From: Candidatus Hydrogenedentota bacterium
GTDB lineage: Bacteria > Hydrogenedentota > Hydrogenedentia > Hydrogenedentales > SLHB01
Length of the DNA stretch: 48,734 nucleotides
Direction: 5' to 3'
Assembly: GCA_045863295.1 (NCBI GenBank)
Contig: BTWA01000029.1
Location: 1 to 48,734, forward strand
Position numbers and translations under genes: made by a program. Of the stretch, positions 39,962 through 48,463 are shown piece by piece. The notes under the pieces were generated by a model, which searched no databases, was not told the origin of the DNA, and saw only the letters and a program-made list of their open reading frames with translations. Numbering within the stretch: the stretch's first letter is position 1; every line of letters begins with the position of its first letter.

Positions 39962-41026
39962 ATGAACCGTCGAGGTTTCCTCCAAACAACGTTTGCCGCT
40001 GGTGCGGCCTCATGGGTCGCCGGTTCTGCCAGCGCGCAGAATGGTCCCATTCGCTGCGGCCTCCTGGGTGTCGATCACGCCCATGGCATGGATGCCCTGA
40101 AAGTGCTTCGCGGACTGCCGGAGTATGAAGTCGTCGGCTTGTGCGAACCGGACACGTCCATACGTCAGCAGTTTGAAACCCATCCCTCAGTCCAAGGGCT
40201 TCCCTGGCTGACGCAGGACCAACTCTTGAGTGACAAGACCATTCAAATGGTGGCTGTGGAGAGCTTTGTGCCGCGCTTGTTGGAATTTGCCGAAGCCGCC
40301 GTTGCGTTTGGAAAACACGTGCATCTGGATAAACCGGCCGGTACCGACTTGGCGCACTTCGAGCGTATCCTCAAGGCAGCATCCAAGAAAAGCGTGCTCA
40401 TCCAGATGGGGTACATGTTTCGATACAACCCCGGATTCGATCTCATCCGTCAGGCCGTTACGGACGGTTGGCTCGGTGATGTGTACGCGATTCATGCGAG
40501 CATGTGCACATTGCAGGACGACCAAAAGCGAAAGCGGCTTTCCTATGCCCCCGGCGGGATGATGCTGGAATTGGGATGTCACCTCATCGACATGATTGTA
40601 CTGCTTCTCGGAACGCCCGACGCGATTACCGCCTATCCGAATCATCACGGCCGCCTTGACGACACGCTGGCTGACAACTGCGTCACCGTGTTCACATACA
40701 AGGAGAGGGCGACCGTTACCGTGGAGACCTCGGCCATGGAGCCGGAGGCCTTTGGCGCGCGGCGTTTCAAGATTGCCGGAACCAACGGGACAATTATCCT
40801 TAGTCCGTTGGAACCGCCGGTAGCGCGCATTGCGCTTCGGGAAGCGGCCGGTGGTTTTCCAAAAGGGGTGACCATCAAAGAACTGCCCGATTTGGAGCGG
40901 CACGTACTCGACTTCAAAGACTTTGCCCGGTGTATTCGAGGCGAAGCCACCTTCGCATATTCAAGCGAGCACGATTACGAGGTGCAAAAGACCGTTCTGC
41001 TTGCAAGCGGGATGACCGTGTCTTGA
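39962..41026 (+). CDS. Tat-exported Gfo/Idh/MocA oxidoreductase
   Basis: MNRRGFLQ twin-arginine signal; GKHVHLDKPAG, GYMFRY and LELGCHLID motifs. Confidence 0.92.
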   Translation: MNRRGFLQTTFAAGAASWVAGSASAQNGPIRCGLLGVDHAHGMDALKVLRGLPEYEVVGLCEPDTSIRQQFETHPSVQGLPWLTQDQLLSDKTIQMVAVESFVPRLLEFAEAAVAFGKHVHLDKPAGTDLAHFERILKAASKKSVLIQMGYMFRYNPGFDLIRQAVTDGWLGDVYAIHASMCTLQDDQKRKRLSYAPGGMMLELGCHLIDMIVLLLGTPDAITAYPNHHGRLDDTLADNCVTVFTYKERATVTVETSAMEPEAFGARRFKIAGTNGTIILSPLEPPVARIALREAAGGFPKGVTIKELPDLERHVLDFKDFARCIRGEATFAYSSEHDYEVQKTVLLASGMTVS

Positions 41027-41081
41027 ATGGCATTCTCCCGGTGTTCATTCATTTCATTCTGTCAACAAACCGGTATTCGCA

Positions 41082-42584
41082 GTGCGCATTTGCATTTTGA
41101 CCAAGTCTGAGCCTTATGCGTGGACGCGCCACTATGTTCACGCGTTCCGGCAAACCGGCGCGGACGTCTTGACGGTCGGTCCCACTATTTCCGTGGAACA
41201 CCTCGAAAGCATGAAACTCGGCCACCTTGCCGAATCGGTCATTCCGAACGACATTCATGCTGTCCTGGAACCGGGCTTTCCGTTGGTTAGCGTTTTGCCT
41301 GAGGGATTCCGTCCCGATCTCATTGTTGCCGTTTCCGTGGGGGGGGAGACTCTGGCGCCGTCATTTGAAGGATTGCGCTGTCCTCGTGCTTACATCAGCG
41401 TTGATACCTGGCAAAGTCCCCGCGACTATATGGACGCTATTCAATACGACTTCGTGTTTGCCGCGCAACGCGAAGCCGTCTCGCGATTGCTCAACTTTGG
41501 TGCCAGAAACGTGTCCTGGCTCCCGCTGGGCTGCAACCCTGACGAACACTATCCCACCCAAACACCGGTGACCGCGGATGTTTCGTTTGTGGGCTCCATT
41601 GCGTTACCGATTCACCAGGAACGATACGACTTGCTGCAACGTCTTCAGCGCGAGTTCAACGTCGCCGGCCGGAGCGGCCTCTATGGAGAAGGTCTCTGTC
41701 ATGCTTGCCGTTCCGGCGCGCTTACGTTCAACCACAGCGCGGTCGGCGATGTGAACATGCGTATCTTTGAGGCACTCGCCATGGGGTGCCCGTTACTGAC
41801 CAACAGAGAGCCCGGACGGAACGGGCTATTTGAGTTGTTTGAAGAAGGCAAACATCTGGTCGTATACGACGGGGAAGACGATCTGGTTGCCAAAGTGCGG
41901 TATTACCTCGATCACGAGCGCGAACGTCTGGACATCGCGGAGTCCGGTAGACGCTGGGTGCTGGCCCGTCACACCTATTTGCACCGCGTGCAGGTAATCC
42001 TGCAAACCATATTCGGCGACACGACCGCTCGGCAGGCCTTGCATGCGGTACCACCGGCGGACCTGCCTGTACTGAAACTCATTCCGTACGCGCCCGCGAA
42101 AATATTGGACACTGTGGGGGGGGGACGTTTGGCCGAATGGTTGCCTCTGCTCGGCGCGACTGAGATGGTGCGAGTGGGAGACCAACCCGGCTGTACAATG
42201 TCATTAGACGAACTCCATCAGCATAACGGGTGTTTTGATACGGCGTTGGCAACCGGCATACCGGCCGAGGGAATTCATCACGCGCTCAAGCCCGGCGGCA
42301 CATTGTTGCTGGAGCTTTCCCCGTTGCTAGCCGCTCAAGAGGGGTTGTCATTGGAAGGCAACGCCATATGCGAATGGCTGCTGAAGCGTGGATACATCAT
42401 GCAAACGGGAACGCTTGTTACCGAACCCGACGGCACCCCCAGCACGATTGCCATTGCCGCCCGCAAACGCACCCGCACCCTGATGGAATTGATTGACGAA
42501 ACATACCAACCGCTGCCCAAGACGTGCTATTTCGTTAAAGATTGGATTGAAAACTGGATCAAAACCTTGCCGAGAGGTATATAG
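41082..42584 (+). CDS. CgeB-like glycosyltransferase with a degenerate C-terminal methyltransferase-like domain
   Basis: WLPLGCNP, DVSFVGS, DVNMRIFEALAMG..LLT and HTYLHRV motifs; C-terminal ALKPGGTLLL. Confidence 0.82.
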   Translation: MRICILTKSEPYAWTRHYVHAFRQTGADVLTVGPTISVEHLESMKLGHLAESVIPNDIHAVLEPGFPLVSVLPEGFRPDLIVAVSVGGETLAPSFEGLRCPRAYISVDTWQSPRDYMDAIQYDFVFAAQREAVSRLLNFGARNVSWLPLGCNPDEHYPTQTPVTADVSFVGSIALPIHQERYDLLQRLQREFNVAGRSGLYGEGLCHACRSGALTFNHSAVGDVNMRIFEALAMGCPLLTNREPGRNGLFELFEEGKHLVVYDGEDDLVAKVRYYLDHERERLDIAESGRRWVLARHTYLHRVQVILQTIFGDTTARQALHAVPPADLPVLKLIPYAPAKILDTVGGGRLAEWLPLLGATEMVRVGDQPGCTMSLDELHQHNGCFDTALATGIPAEGIHHALKPGGTLLLELSPLLAAQEGLSLEGNAICEWLLKRGYIMQTGTLVTEPDGTPSTIAIAARKRTRTLMELIDETYQPLPKTCYFVKDWIENWIKTLPRGI

Positions 42585-42688
42585 CCGCGTATGACCGCTG
42601 AAAAGAGTCGATTGCGGGAGGCGCTGCCGTTTGGCCGAATGGAAATCCCCGTGTAAGGTCAAAAGCAGTATGAAATAAAGGGAAAAAA

Positions 42689-42709
42689 TGGTGCCGACGC
42701 AGGGACTCG
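42689..42709 (-). other. att site: displaced 3' fragment of a tRNA gene (cgagtccctgcgtcggcacca)
   Basis: Partial T-loop, T-stem, acceptor strand and CCA, 68 bp beyond the integrase stop; the 5' part of the tRNA is absent. Confidence 0.82.
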
Positions 42710-42777
42710 GCAACGGCCATTACAGGCCAACAACTTACGGGGCGTGCGCCACTGATTGCCAGCAAGTAACGATATTT

Positions 42778-43902
42778 TCAGGTACTTTTCGAAAAGGTAC
42801 TTTTGGCGACCAGTTCTGTCATGCGATCCAAGGCCGGGAATGCGTCGGTCGGTCGTACATAGCGCATGGTCATGTGAATATCGGTGTGCCCCATGAGTAC
42901 CTGCAGCACGGGCAACGGGCATCCTGCATGGTTTGCCATGATATACCCGAATGTGTGCCGCAAGTCTTTCAGCGTGACTACGCGGCCAATCTTGGCTGCC
43001 CTGGCGGCCCGCTGGATTGCCCACAGGGGCGAGTTTTTGCTGAATGGCTCCCCTCGCCGGTTGGTGAACACTTCGCCGTCTGGGCCGGGCCTGCCGCGCT
43101 TTTTCTCGCGCATCAGCGCGTCGAAGGCAATTCCGCTGACTTGATACCTGGCCAGCCGCGCGGTCTTGACCTGGGTGCGCTCCACGGTCATCGCCCGTAG
43201 ATCGATCTGGCGCCACCGCAAAGCGCGGGCGTCCGATGGCCGGTTGCCGGTCCCGGCGATCCACGAAATGTAGTTGTAGTAAACGGGTTCTTCGGTCCGG
43301 ACGCATTCGAGTAGACGTCGCAACTCATCGGGTTCAAGGGGGCTGATTTCTGCATCCGGCACATTCGGGGCTAGCCATTTTTTTACCGGAGACGCATCGA
43401 GCATATTGGCGTCTACCGCGGCGTTGAGCATTGACCGAATGATTCCCATGCGATTCTTTATAGAGGCCGGGGAGAGGCGTTTTGAAAGTTCGGCCAGGTG
43501 TCGATCTACATGTTCGCGCGTAAGCTGGCTCACGCGACCGATCCGATTGTCCCGGCAATATTGCTCGAATTCGCGGAATTGAGTTTCGTACTGCGCCAAG
43601 GTATGGACTTTCGCGCCCTTCGCAACCAGCGCGACATGCAGGTAGTAGTCGATCACCCGTGCGATTTTCGGATCCCGCTTGTCTAAATCGCCCTCGGCCC
43701 GGTCCATGCCGAATTGCTGTTTTATCAGGGGTAGAGCCCGGTCTACCCAGTCTATGTATTTTTGCTCGGCATCGGCCTGGGTGGCCTCGCCATCGGCGAT
43801 CGTCACGCGTTCGCGCTTGCCATCCGGGTAGTGCAGATCGACCACGTACGCGATTACCTTGCCCGCGCGCCGGCGTGGCTTCAGGGAATGATACCAAGGC
43901 AT
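42778..43902 (-). CDS. Phage tyrosine integrase (374 aa)
   Basis: TGNRPSD, KDLRHTFG, LMGHTDI and TMRY catalytic boxes; ATG at 43902 in a TAATG overlap with the upstream gene. Confidence 0.95.
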   Translation of the reverse strand: MPWYHSLKPRRRAGKVIAYVVDLHYPDGKRERVTIADGEATQADAEQKYIDWVDRALPLIKQQFGMDRAEGDLDKRDPKIARVIDYYLHVALVAKGAKVHTLAQYETQFREFEQYCRDNRIGRVSQLTREHVDRHLAELSKRLSPASIKNRMGIIRSMLNAAVDANMLDASPVKKWLAPNVPDAEISPLEPDELRRLLECVRTEEPVYYNYISWIAGTGNRPSDARALRWRQIDLRAMTVERTQVKTARLARYQVSGIAFDALMREKKRGRPGPDGEVFTNRRGEPFSKNSPLWAIQRAARAAKIGRVVTLKDLRHTFGYIMANHAGCPLPVLQVLMGHTDIHMTMRYVRPTDAFPALDRMTELVAKSTFSKST

Positions 43903-44315
43903 TACTGTTTCCGGCTTGCGGCCAAGGCGCGGATGGTGGCGCGGGAGCGAATGATCGCCGATGCGATATGAAGGAGAACCGCAACGATCGCGCAGTCCAG
44001 TCCGCCATAAAGACCGCCCGCCTGGGTATCGAACAAAAGCGCATTCGCTATTGCGGCCAGCCAAAAAAGACAGGCGGTAAAGGTTGCCGCGAATCGAGCG
44101 AGTGTCTCAAGTCCGGATGCGTATTTACTCTCTGCATTGATGTAGGAGGCGATCTGATTGTCGCGCTCGGCGTCCGCTTTGTGTGCGGCAATTTGTTTTG
44201 CTTGTATCGCGTTGGCCAGCACCTTCGCCCGCGCCTCGTTGTTTATCCGCTCTCGCTCGGTGCGAGCCCGGTACATTTCGCGGGTCTCTTTGGTGCGGTC
44301 AAATGGGGTGGTCAT
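43902..44315 (-). CDS. Hypothetical 2-TM protein with a helical N-terminus
   Basis: Start/stop overlaps on both sides (ATGA, TAATG); two hydrophobic segments. Confidence 0.75.
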   Translation of the reverse strand: MTTPFDRTKETREMYRARTERERINNEARAKVLANAIQAKQIAAHKADAERDNQIASYINAESKYASGLETLARFAATFTACLFWLAAIANALLFDTQAGGLYGGLDCAIVAVLLHIASAIIRSRATIRALAASRKQ

Positions 44316-45007
44316 GGGAATGCCACGCTTTGCACTTCGGCGTCAACGCGCTCGAATGTAACGGGAACAATTGAAACCTTGCCATTCCAGACCGGTGTAA
44401 CGAGATCGGTGATATCTAGCTGGAATCCAGTCTTTGTATAGCGCTCCAATGGCAATGGCGCAAATTGATTAACCCGCTCTTCTAGCGCCTGTTCTGCACC
44501 GTTGGTGTTGTGAATAGTGACACGCACGATCAAAACCGCAATATTTTCTGGCCCCTTATTGGTCACGGTTCCGGTCGCAAACGCGCGACGGGTGTACCCA
44601 ATATCCGACCAGCCAGGCTTGATGTCTGTTATTTTGACGTTCTTGAGCGTGTATCTTTCCCGATCTTTCGCGTCACCAATTGCAAGTTGCTGCATGGCCA
44701 TTTCGTGTTGTTCTGCCTCAAGAACAGCGCCGCGCGCTTCCTGTATTAGATCATGATACCTCTGTTTTTCTCGATTGAGTGCCGCTTCAAGATCGGCTAA
44801 TTGGGCCTGCATTTGTGCTCGTTCGTTCTCTCGCTCAATTTCCTTGCGCGTTTTGTCCGGCAAAAATACTAAGGTATAGAACAAGAACAAGAGGACGCCG
44901 ACAATGCCCGCGGTTAAACCTACGCCCCACTGAAAAGCTCGTGCCGATTCGTGGGCCACCCTGTACCATAGTCTTTTTTTAATTTGCGTATCTACTGTAT
45001 CCGACAC
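44312..45007 (-). CDS. Single-TM coiled-coil protein with a C-terminal Ig-like (FxLYD-like) domain
   Basis: TM GVGLTAGIVGVLLFLFYTLVFL, coiled coil, ATGTVTNKG..IAVLIVRVTIHNTNG; GGAG RBS. Confidence 0.75.
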   Translation of the reverse strand: MSDTVDTQIKKRLWYRVAHESARAFQWGVGLTAGIVGVLLFLFYTLVFLPDKTRKEIERENERAQMQAQLADLEAALNREKQRYHDLIQEARGAVLEAEQHEMAMQQLAIGDAKDRERYTLKNVKITDIKPGWSDIGYTRRAFATGTVTNKGPENIAVLIVRVTIHNTNGAEQALEERVNQFAPLPLERYTKTGFQLDITDLVTPVWNGKVSIVPVTFERVDAEVQSVAFP

Positions 45008-45055
45008 GACTTATGCTCCGCGTTACCACGACGTGACTATTTTATACTGAACATA

Positions 45056-45084
45056 TTGACAGTACGGCTTTCCTGTGCTACATT
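45056..45084 (+). promoter_or_regulatory. Sigma70-like promoter TTGACA-17-TACATT (extended -10), antisense to the repressor gene
   Basis: Hexamers at 45056-45061 and 45079-45084; TG at 45076-45077. Confidence 0.65.
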
Positions 45085-45200
45085 TCCCGTTGGTGCGGGC
45101 CGCCCTACTTGGGAAATGGGGTGCCGTCGATCTCGCGCTAGCCTCACAGGGGCGCATCCTATGTTGAATGCCGTTGCGCGGAAGTATTGCCTTTTGGGTT

Positions 45201-45647
45201 TCATTCCGGTTCCTTCGGAAGAACATTGTCAAGAATGTATTGAAGGGAAGTCCGAAGATAACTCACCTTCGCCGTTTGTGGCACTTTGGGATCGGATGCC
45301 ATTAACAGAAGGTTGTTCAGCCCCGCCATCGTCTTGTCTACCGGATTCGCGTACCGCATAGGGTCCATTACAGGCGGGTCTTCGCGAAGCATCGACAAGG
45401 GAACATTGAGTTGCTGTGGAGGATATTCCACGGCTTTTTCCTTTTCGGACTCTAAAAACTCTTGAATCCGGAGAAGGGTGGATTCCCCTACCCGTTTGCG
45501 CGTGCCATTCTTGAATTCGCCTATATAGTGCGGAGCCACGTCGGCAAAAGCCGCTATCGGAATAAGAGAACCTTTCCCTTTTCGCTGAAAATAAGCCTGT
45601 ACTGCTGCCCTTGTTGATTCAATTTCCTCTTGTGATATGCGTTTCAT
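45201..45647 (-). CDS. Putative CI-like repressor (XRE-like N-terminus; alternative start at 45683)
   Basis: IAAFADVAPHYIGEFKNGTRKRVGESTLLRI HTH-like pattern; divergent from the Cro-like gene. Confidence 0.65.
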   Translation of the reverse strand: MKRISQEEIESTRAAVQAYFQRKGKGSLIPIAAFADVAPHYIGEFKNGTRKRVGESTLLRIQEFLESEKEKAVEYPPQQLNVPLSMLREDPPVMDPMRYANPVDKTMAGLNNLLLMASDPKVPQTAKVSYLRTSLQYILDNVLPKEPE

Positions 45648-45722
45648 CAGCAAAACACTACAACATAAGTTGTTTTCTGTCATTGATTTAGTAACCTTGT
45701 GTCACATAAGTTGCAATTGTGG

Positions 45723-45751
45723 TTGACAGACAGTAACAATCGTGGTACATT
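45723..45751 (+). promoter_or_regulatory. Rightward early promoter TTGACA-17-TACATT (extended -10)
   Basis: Hexamers at 45723-45728 and 45746-45751, upstream of the Cro-like gene. Confidence 0.8.
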
Positions 45752-45795
45752 GTGTCTGTTGGAACCGTAACAGGCACCACGAGAGGTAACAAAAA

Positions 45796-46032
45796 ATGAC
45801 ACTTGGACAGTCTATCAAGGCTTGGCGCGGGGTGCGAGGCCTTACACAAGTTGGTTTGTGTGACGCCGCCGAACGGGCAGGCCATTCGTTTACCCGCACC
45901 GCATTGACTATGTGGGAAAACGATGAGCGAGACAATCTCAAGCGCGAGTCCATCGACGCCCTCCTTGCGGCCCTCGACATCACCTACGAAGAACTTGTTG
46001 CCGGGCCTGCGCCAGTTGAAACGACTACCTGA
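45796..46032 (+). CDS. Cro-like XRE helix-turn-helix protein
   Basis: LGQSIKAWRGVRGLTQ..L....TALTMWEND; GAGGT RBS. Confidence 0.88.
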   Translation: MTLGQSIKAWRGVRGLTQVGLCDAAERAGHSFTRTALTMWENDERDNLKRESIDALLAALDITYEELVAGPAPVETTT

Positions 46033-46092
46033 TCCGATTATCCGGCAATCCAATAAATAACTGAAGGGCTGAAAATAGTAACAGGGGGTTCA

Positions 46093-46581
46093 ATGGGCAA
46101 GTCGCGCTACTCAACGATGACAGTGACCGACGTTATACACGCGGTGTTGCGCAGGCCGGACGTAGACCCGAAGGCCATTTCCGCCGCTCTGGGTTGCCAC
46201 CCCACGACCGTCTACCAAATGGGCGAATTTGGCGACAACGGCCAGCCCCGTCACCACATCAAAGCGTGGCAAGTGCCGCTCTTTTGCCGGGCCGCGAACG
46301 ATTATGACCTGCTGGAATTTCTGGACTGGCAATCAGGCCGACCCGAGAGCACCGCGAAAGTCACAGACATGCAAGTGGTATCCGAAGCCGCCGACGTACT
46401 CTCCGCGCTCACCGACGCGTTTAAGGACGGGAGTGTCAGCGACAGTGAGGCGAAGCGGATCGAGAAAGAGTTGCAGGAACTGAATCAAGTGATTGTGGCG
46501 CGGCTCACCCAGGGCGAGGAAAAGCGCGCATCCGATGGCCGTCGTCTTTCGTTGCTCGACACCGCGCGAGACAACCGCTGA
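46093..46581 (+). CDS. Phage regulatory CII-family (CP76-like) protein
   Basis: KAISAALG..PTTVY, CRAANDYDLLEFL and EAADVL..L..AFKDGSVSDSEAKRIEKE patterns. Confidence 0.78.
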   Translation: MGKSRYSTMTVTDVIHAVLRRPDVDPKAISAALGCHPTTVYQMGEFGDNGQPRHHIKAWQVPLFCRAANDYDLLEFLDWQSGRPESTAKVTDMQVVSEAADVLSALTDAFKDGSVSDSEAKRIEKELQELNQVIVARLTQGEEKRASDGRRLSLLDTARDNR

Positions 46582-46886
46582 TGAGAGAATCGCTGATGCA
46601 ATTCGCCACCACACAACAACCAGACGATCACGCGCCGTTCCGTGTGCTTAAAGCCCGGTGGCCGCACATAGGCCGTGACATGTGGATCGGTCTGGCGGCG
46701 CGCGGATACGTGCACATGATTCGTATTGGCGGAAGGCGTTTTTTCAGCCTGGCCGATTGCGAACGGATCGCCACCAATGGAACGCCTGGGCGGTTCGATG
46801 AGCAAGGGAAGCGCGAAACGTCATCGCAAATAAACCGGCGCATCGCAAAAGAGATTCGAACGAAGTGGAAGGCTAAAAAACAATGA
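46581..46886 (+). CDS. Putative excisionase-like (HTH_17-type) protein
   Basis: ARGYVHMIRIGGRRFFSLADCERI wing motif; overlapping start/stop codons. Confidence 0.6.
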   Translation: MRESLMQFATTQQPDDHAPFRVLKARWPHIGRDMWIGLAARGYVHMIRIGGRRFFSLADCERIATNGTPGRFDEQGKRETSSQINRRIAKEIRTKWKAKKQ

Positions 46887-47626
46887 CACGTGAAGAAATT
46901 ATACGCCGGGCTCAGAAGCTTTCGGCGTTCACTGAAGAAAACGCGACCCCGCAGGAAGTGGCGAACGCGGCGGCGGCACTCAAGAAGCTCATGGAAAAGC
47001 ATCAACTGTCCATGATGGACATTGCTTCTGGCTTGACAAACGAAGATGTGGGCTTTGAATCGATCGACGGAGGATCAACCCGAAAGACGTGGCAGCTTTG
47101 TCTCGTGTGCGCTATCGCCAAGGGGCTGGATTGCCAAGTTGTGACACACTACGACGGACAATGGCGCGGCCGGCGATGGAAGCAAACAGGTATCGTTTAC
47201 AAGGTCTACGGCGTCGAATCCGATCTCGTGTTTGCTCGCTACCTGTACGACGTTCTATCGGTCAAATTCTACACCCAGGGCACGGAATATTGCCGGGGCC
47301 TTGGCTACAGTGGGGCGATGCTGATTTCAGCGCGTGCCACTTTCGTCATGGGCGCGGCTAGGGCCGTGAAAGAACGCTTGATCGAACAGCGCGGAACGGC
47401 GGAGGAAAACAGCCTCACGAATGCCCTTGTCGTGTGTAAGGGGAATTCAATCGACGCCTACATCAGAAAGAACGTGGGCAAGACGTTCAAGGACCCGGTC
47501 CGCCACGGCACACTTCGTGCCGATGACGCAGCCGAAGCCGGGTATTGGGCTGGTAAATCCGCTCCGTTGAATCGTGGGCTGGAAAAGAGCAACGAAGGTG
47601 TGTTGCTTCTGGAGGCCGCCCAATGA
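46883..47626 (+). CDS. DUF2786-domain phage protein
   Basis: IIRRAQKL....ATPQEVANAAAALKKLMEKHQLS; YGVESD, FVMG and AGYWAG motifs. Confidence 0.85.
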   Translation: MTREEIIRRAQKLSAFTEENATPQEVANAAAALKKLMEKHQLSMMDIASGLTNEDVGFESIDGGSTRKTWQLCLVCAIAKGLDCQVVTHYDGQWRGRRWKQTGIVYKVYGVESDLVFARYLYDVLSVKFYTQGTEYCRGLGYSGAMLISARATFVMGAARAVKERLIEQRGTAEENSLTNALVVCKGNSIDAYIRKNVGKTFKDPVRHGTLRADDAAEAGYWAGKSAPLNRGLEKSNEGVLLLEAAQ

Positions 47627-47806
47627 ACACCTACCACGCGGCAGCGTGCATTTCCGCCAAGACGCAGACGCAGCCCATACACGCTGCCGCGCCCCTTTTT
47701 GGAACCCGCTCGAACGCGAAACGGCGCGGCGGATTCCTCCTTCCCCCGGCGGCCTGTTGTCGCCGGGTTATCAATTGAGATCAGAAGCTAAACATAGGAG
47801 CGTGAC

Positions 47807-47989
47807 ATGGAACAGTTAGTCGAATTGGGTAAATCGTATACCGACAACATCACGGGTATCACTGGCGTGGCCACAGCGGCATGGATCGCGATTGACGCAC
47901 CTCCGCAAGCGAAACTGGAATACGTGGATCGCAACGGGCACCACGCCGATGTCTGGATCGCAAACACTCGACTCAAGTTGGCCAACTAA
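47807..47989 (+). CDS. Small phage hypothetical protein (60 aa)
   Basis: AGGAG RBS; ELGKSYTDNITGITGVATA pattern. Confidence 0.7.
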   Translation: MEQLVELGKSYTDNITGITGVATAAWIAIDAPPQAKLEYVDRNGHHADVWIANTRLKLAN

Positions 47990-48065
47990 ACCACTCCGCA
48001 GGCATCGCGCCTGATTGAACCGGGTGCGGTCCGATGCCGCGGGCCGCACCCGATAAAGGGAAACC

Positions 48066-48293
48066 ATGAAGAATATCAGCGTGCAGCCCGAGGAACCCGA
48101 AGACTACAACCCGGACACGGACTACCTTGCGGCCACTACGCGGGCCTTCAAGGAGCTTCGGGCAGGGAGTGCCGCGAGATTTCCGAGGAAGCGATTGTAC
48201 GGGCGTGGGTGCGCGAAATGCGCGATCCGATGCGGTTTGGCGAAGTGCCAGCGGAAGTGCTGGATGGAATCGAAGTGCTTTTGTCCCGAGTGA
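48066..48293 (+). CDS. Phage hypothetical protein, possibly frameshifted (alternative end at 48340)
   Basis: AAGGGA RBS; acidic N-terminus. Confidence 0.5.
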   Translation: MKNISVQPEEPEDYNPDTDYLAATTRAFKELRAGSAARFPRKRLYGRGCAKCAIRCGLAKCQRKCWMESKCFCPE

Positions 48294-48463
48294 AGCGGCC
48301 CTACACGGCGTTGCCGCCCGAATCAGGCAATGCCGGTTAGAAACGGCGAACCCGGCCGCCTGTGATAGCTGCCGGGTCCGTCGTACCAAAAAACCAAAAA
48401 CCTAACGAGAGGACAGAATAACATGACCACAGCCGTTGCGCAAGCGACCGAGGGGATCTCGAA

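Noticed and set aside
42660..42780. Complete tRNA gene
   Set aside because: Only the last 21 nt are tRNA-like; there is no D-arm or anticodon arm
42940..42985. Inactive integrase because HxxR reads KDLR
   Set aside because: Lys at this position is a known tolerated variant, and the R, R, H and Y catalytic residues are intact
48005..48066. Hammerhead ribozyme
   Set aside because: CTGATTGA deviates from CUGANGA, GAAA does not directly follow the stem, and stems I and III are not evident
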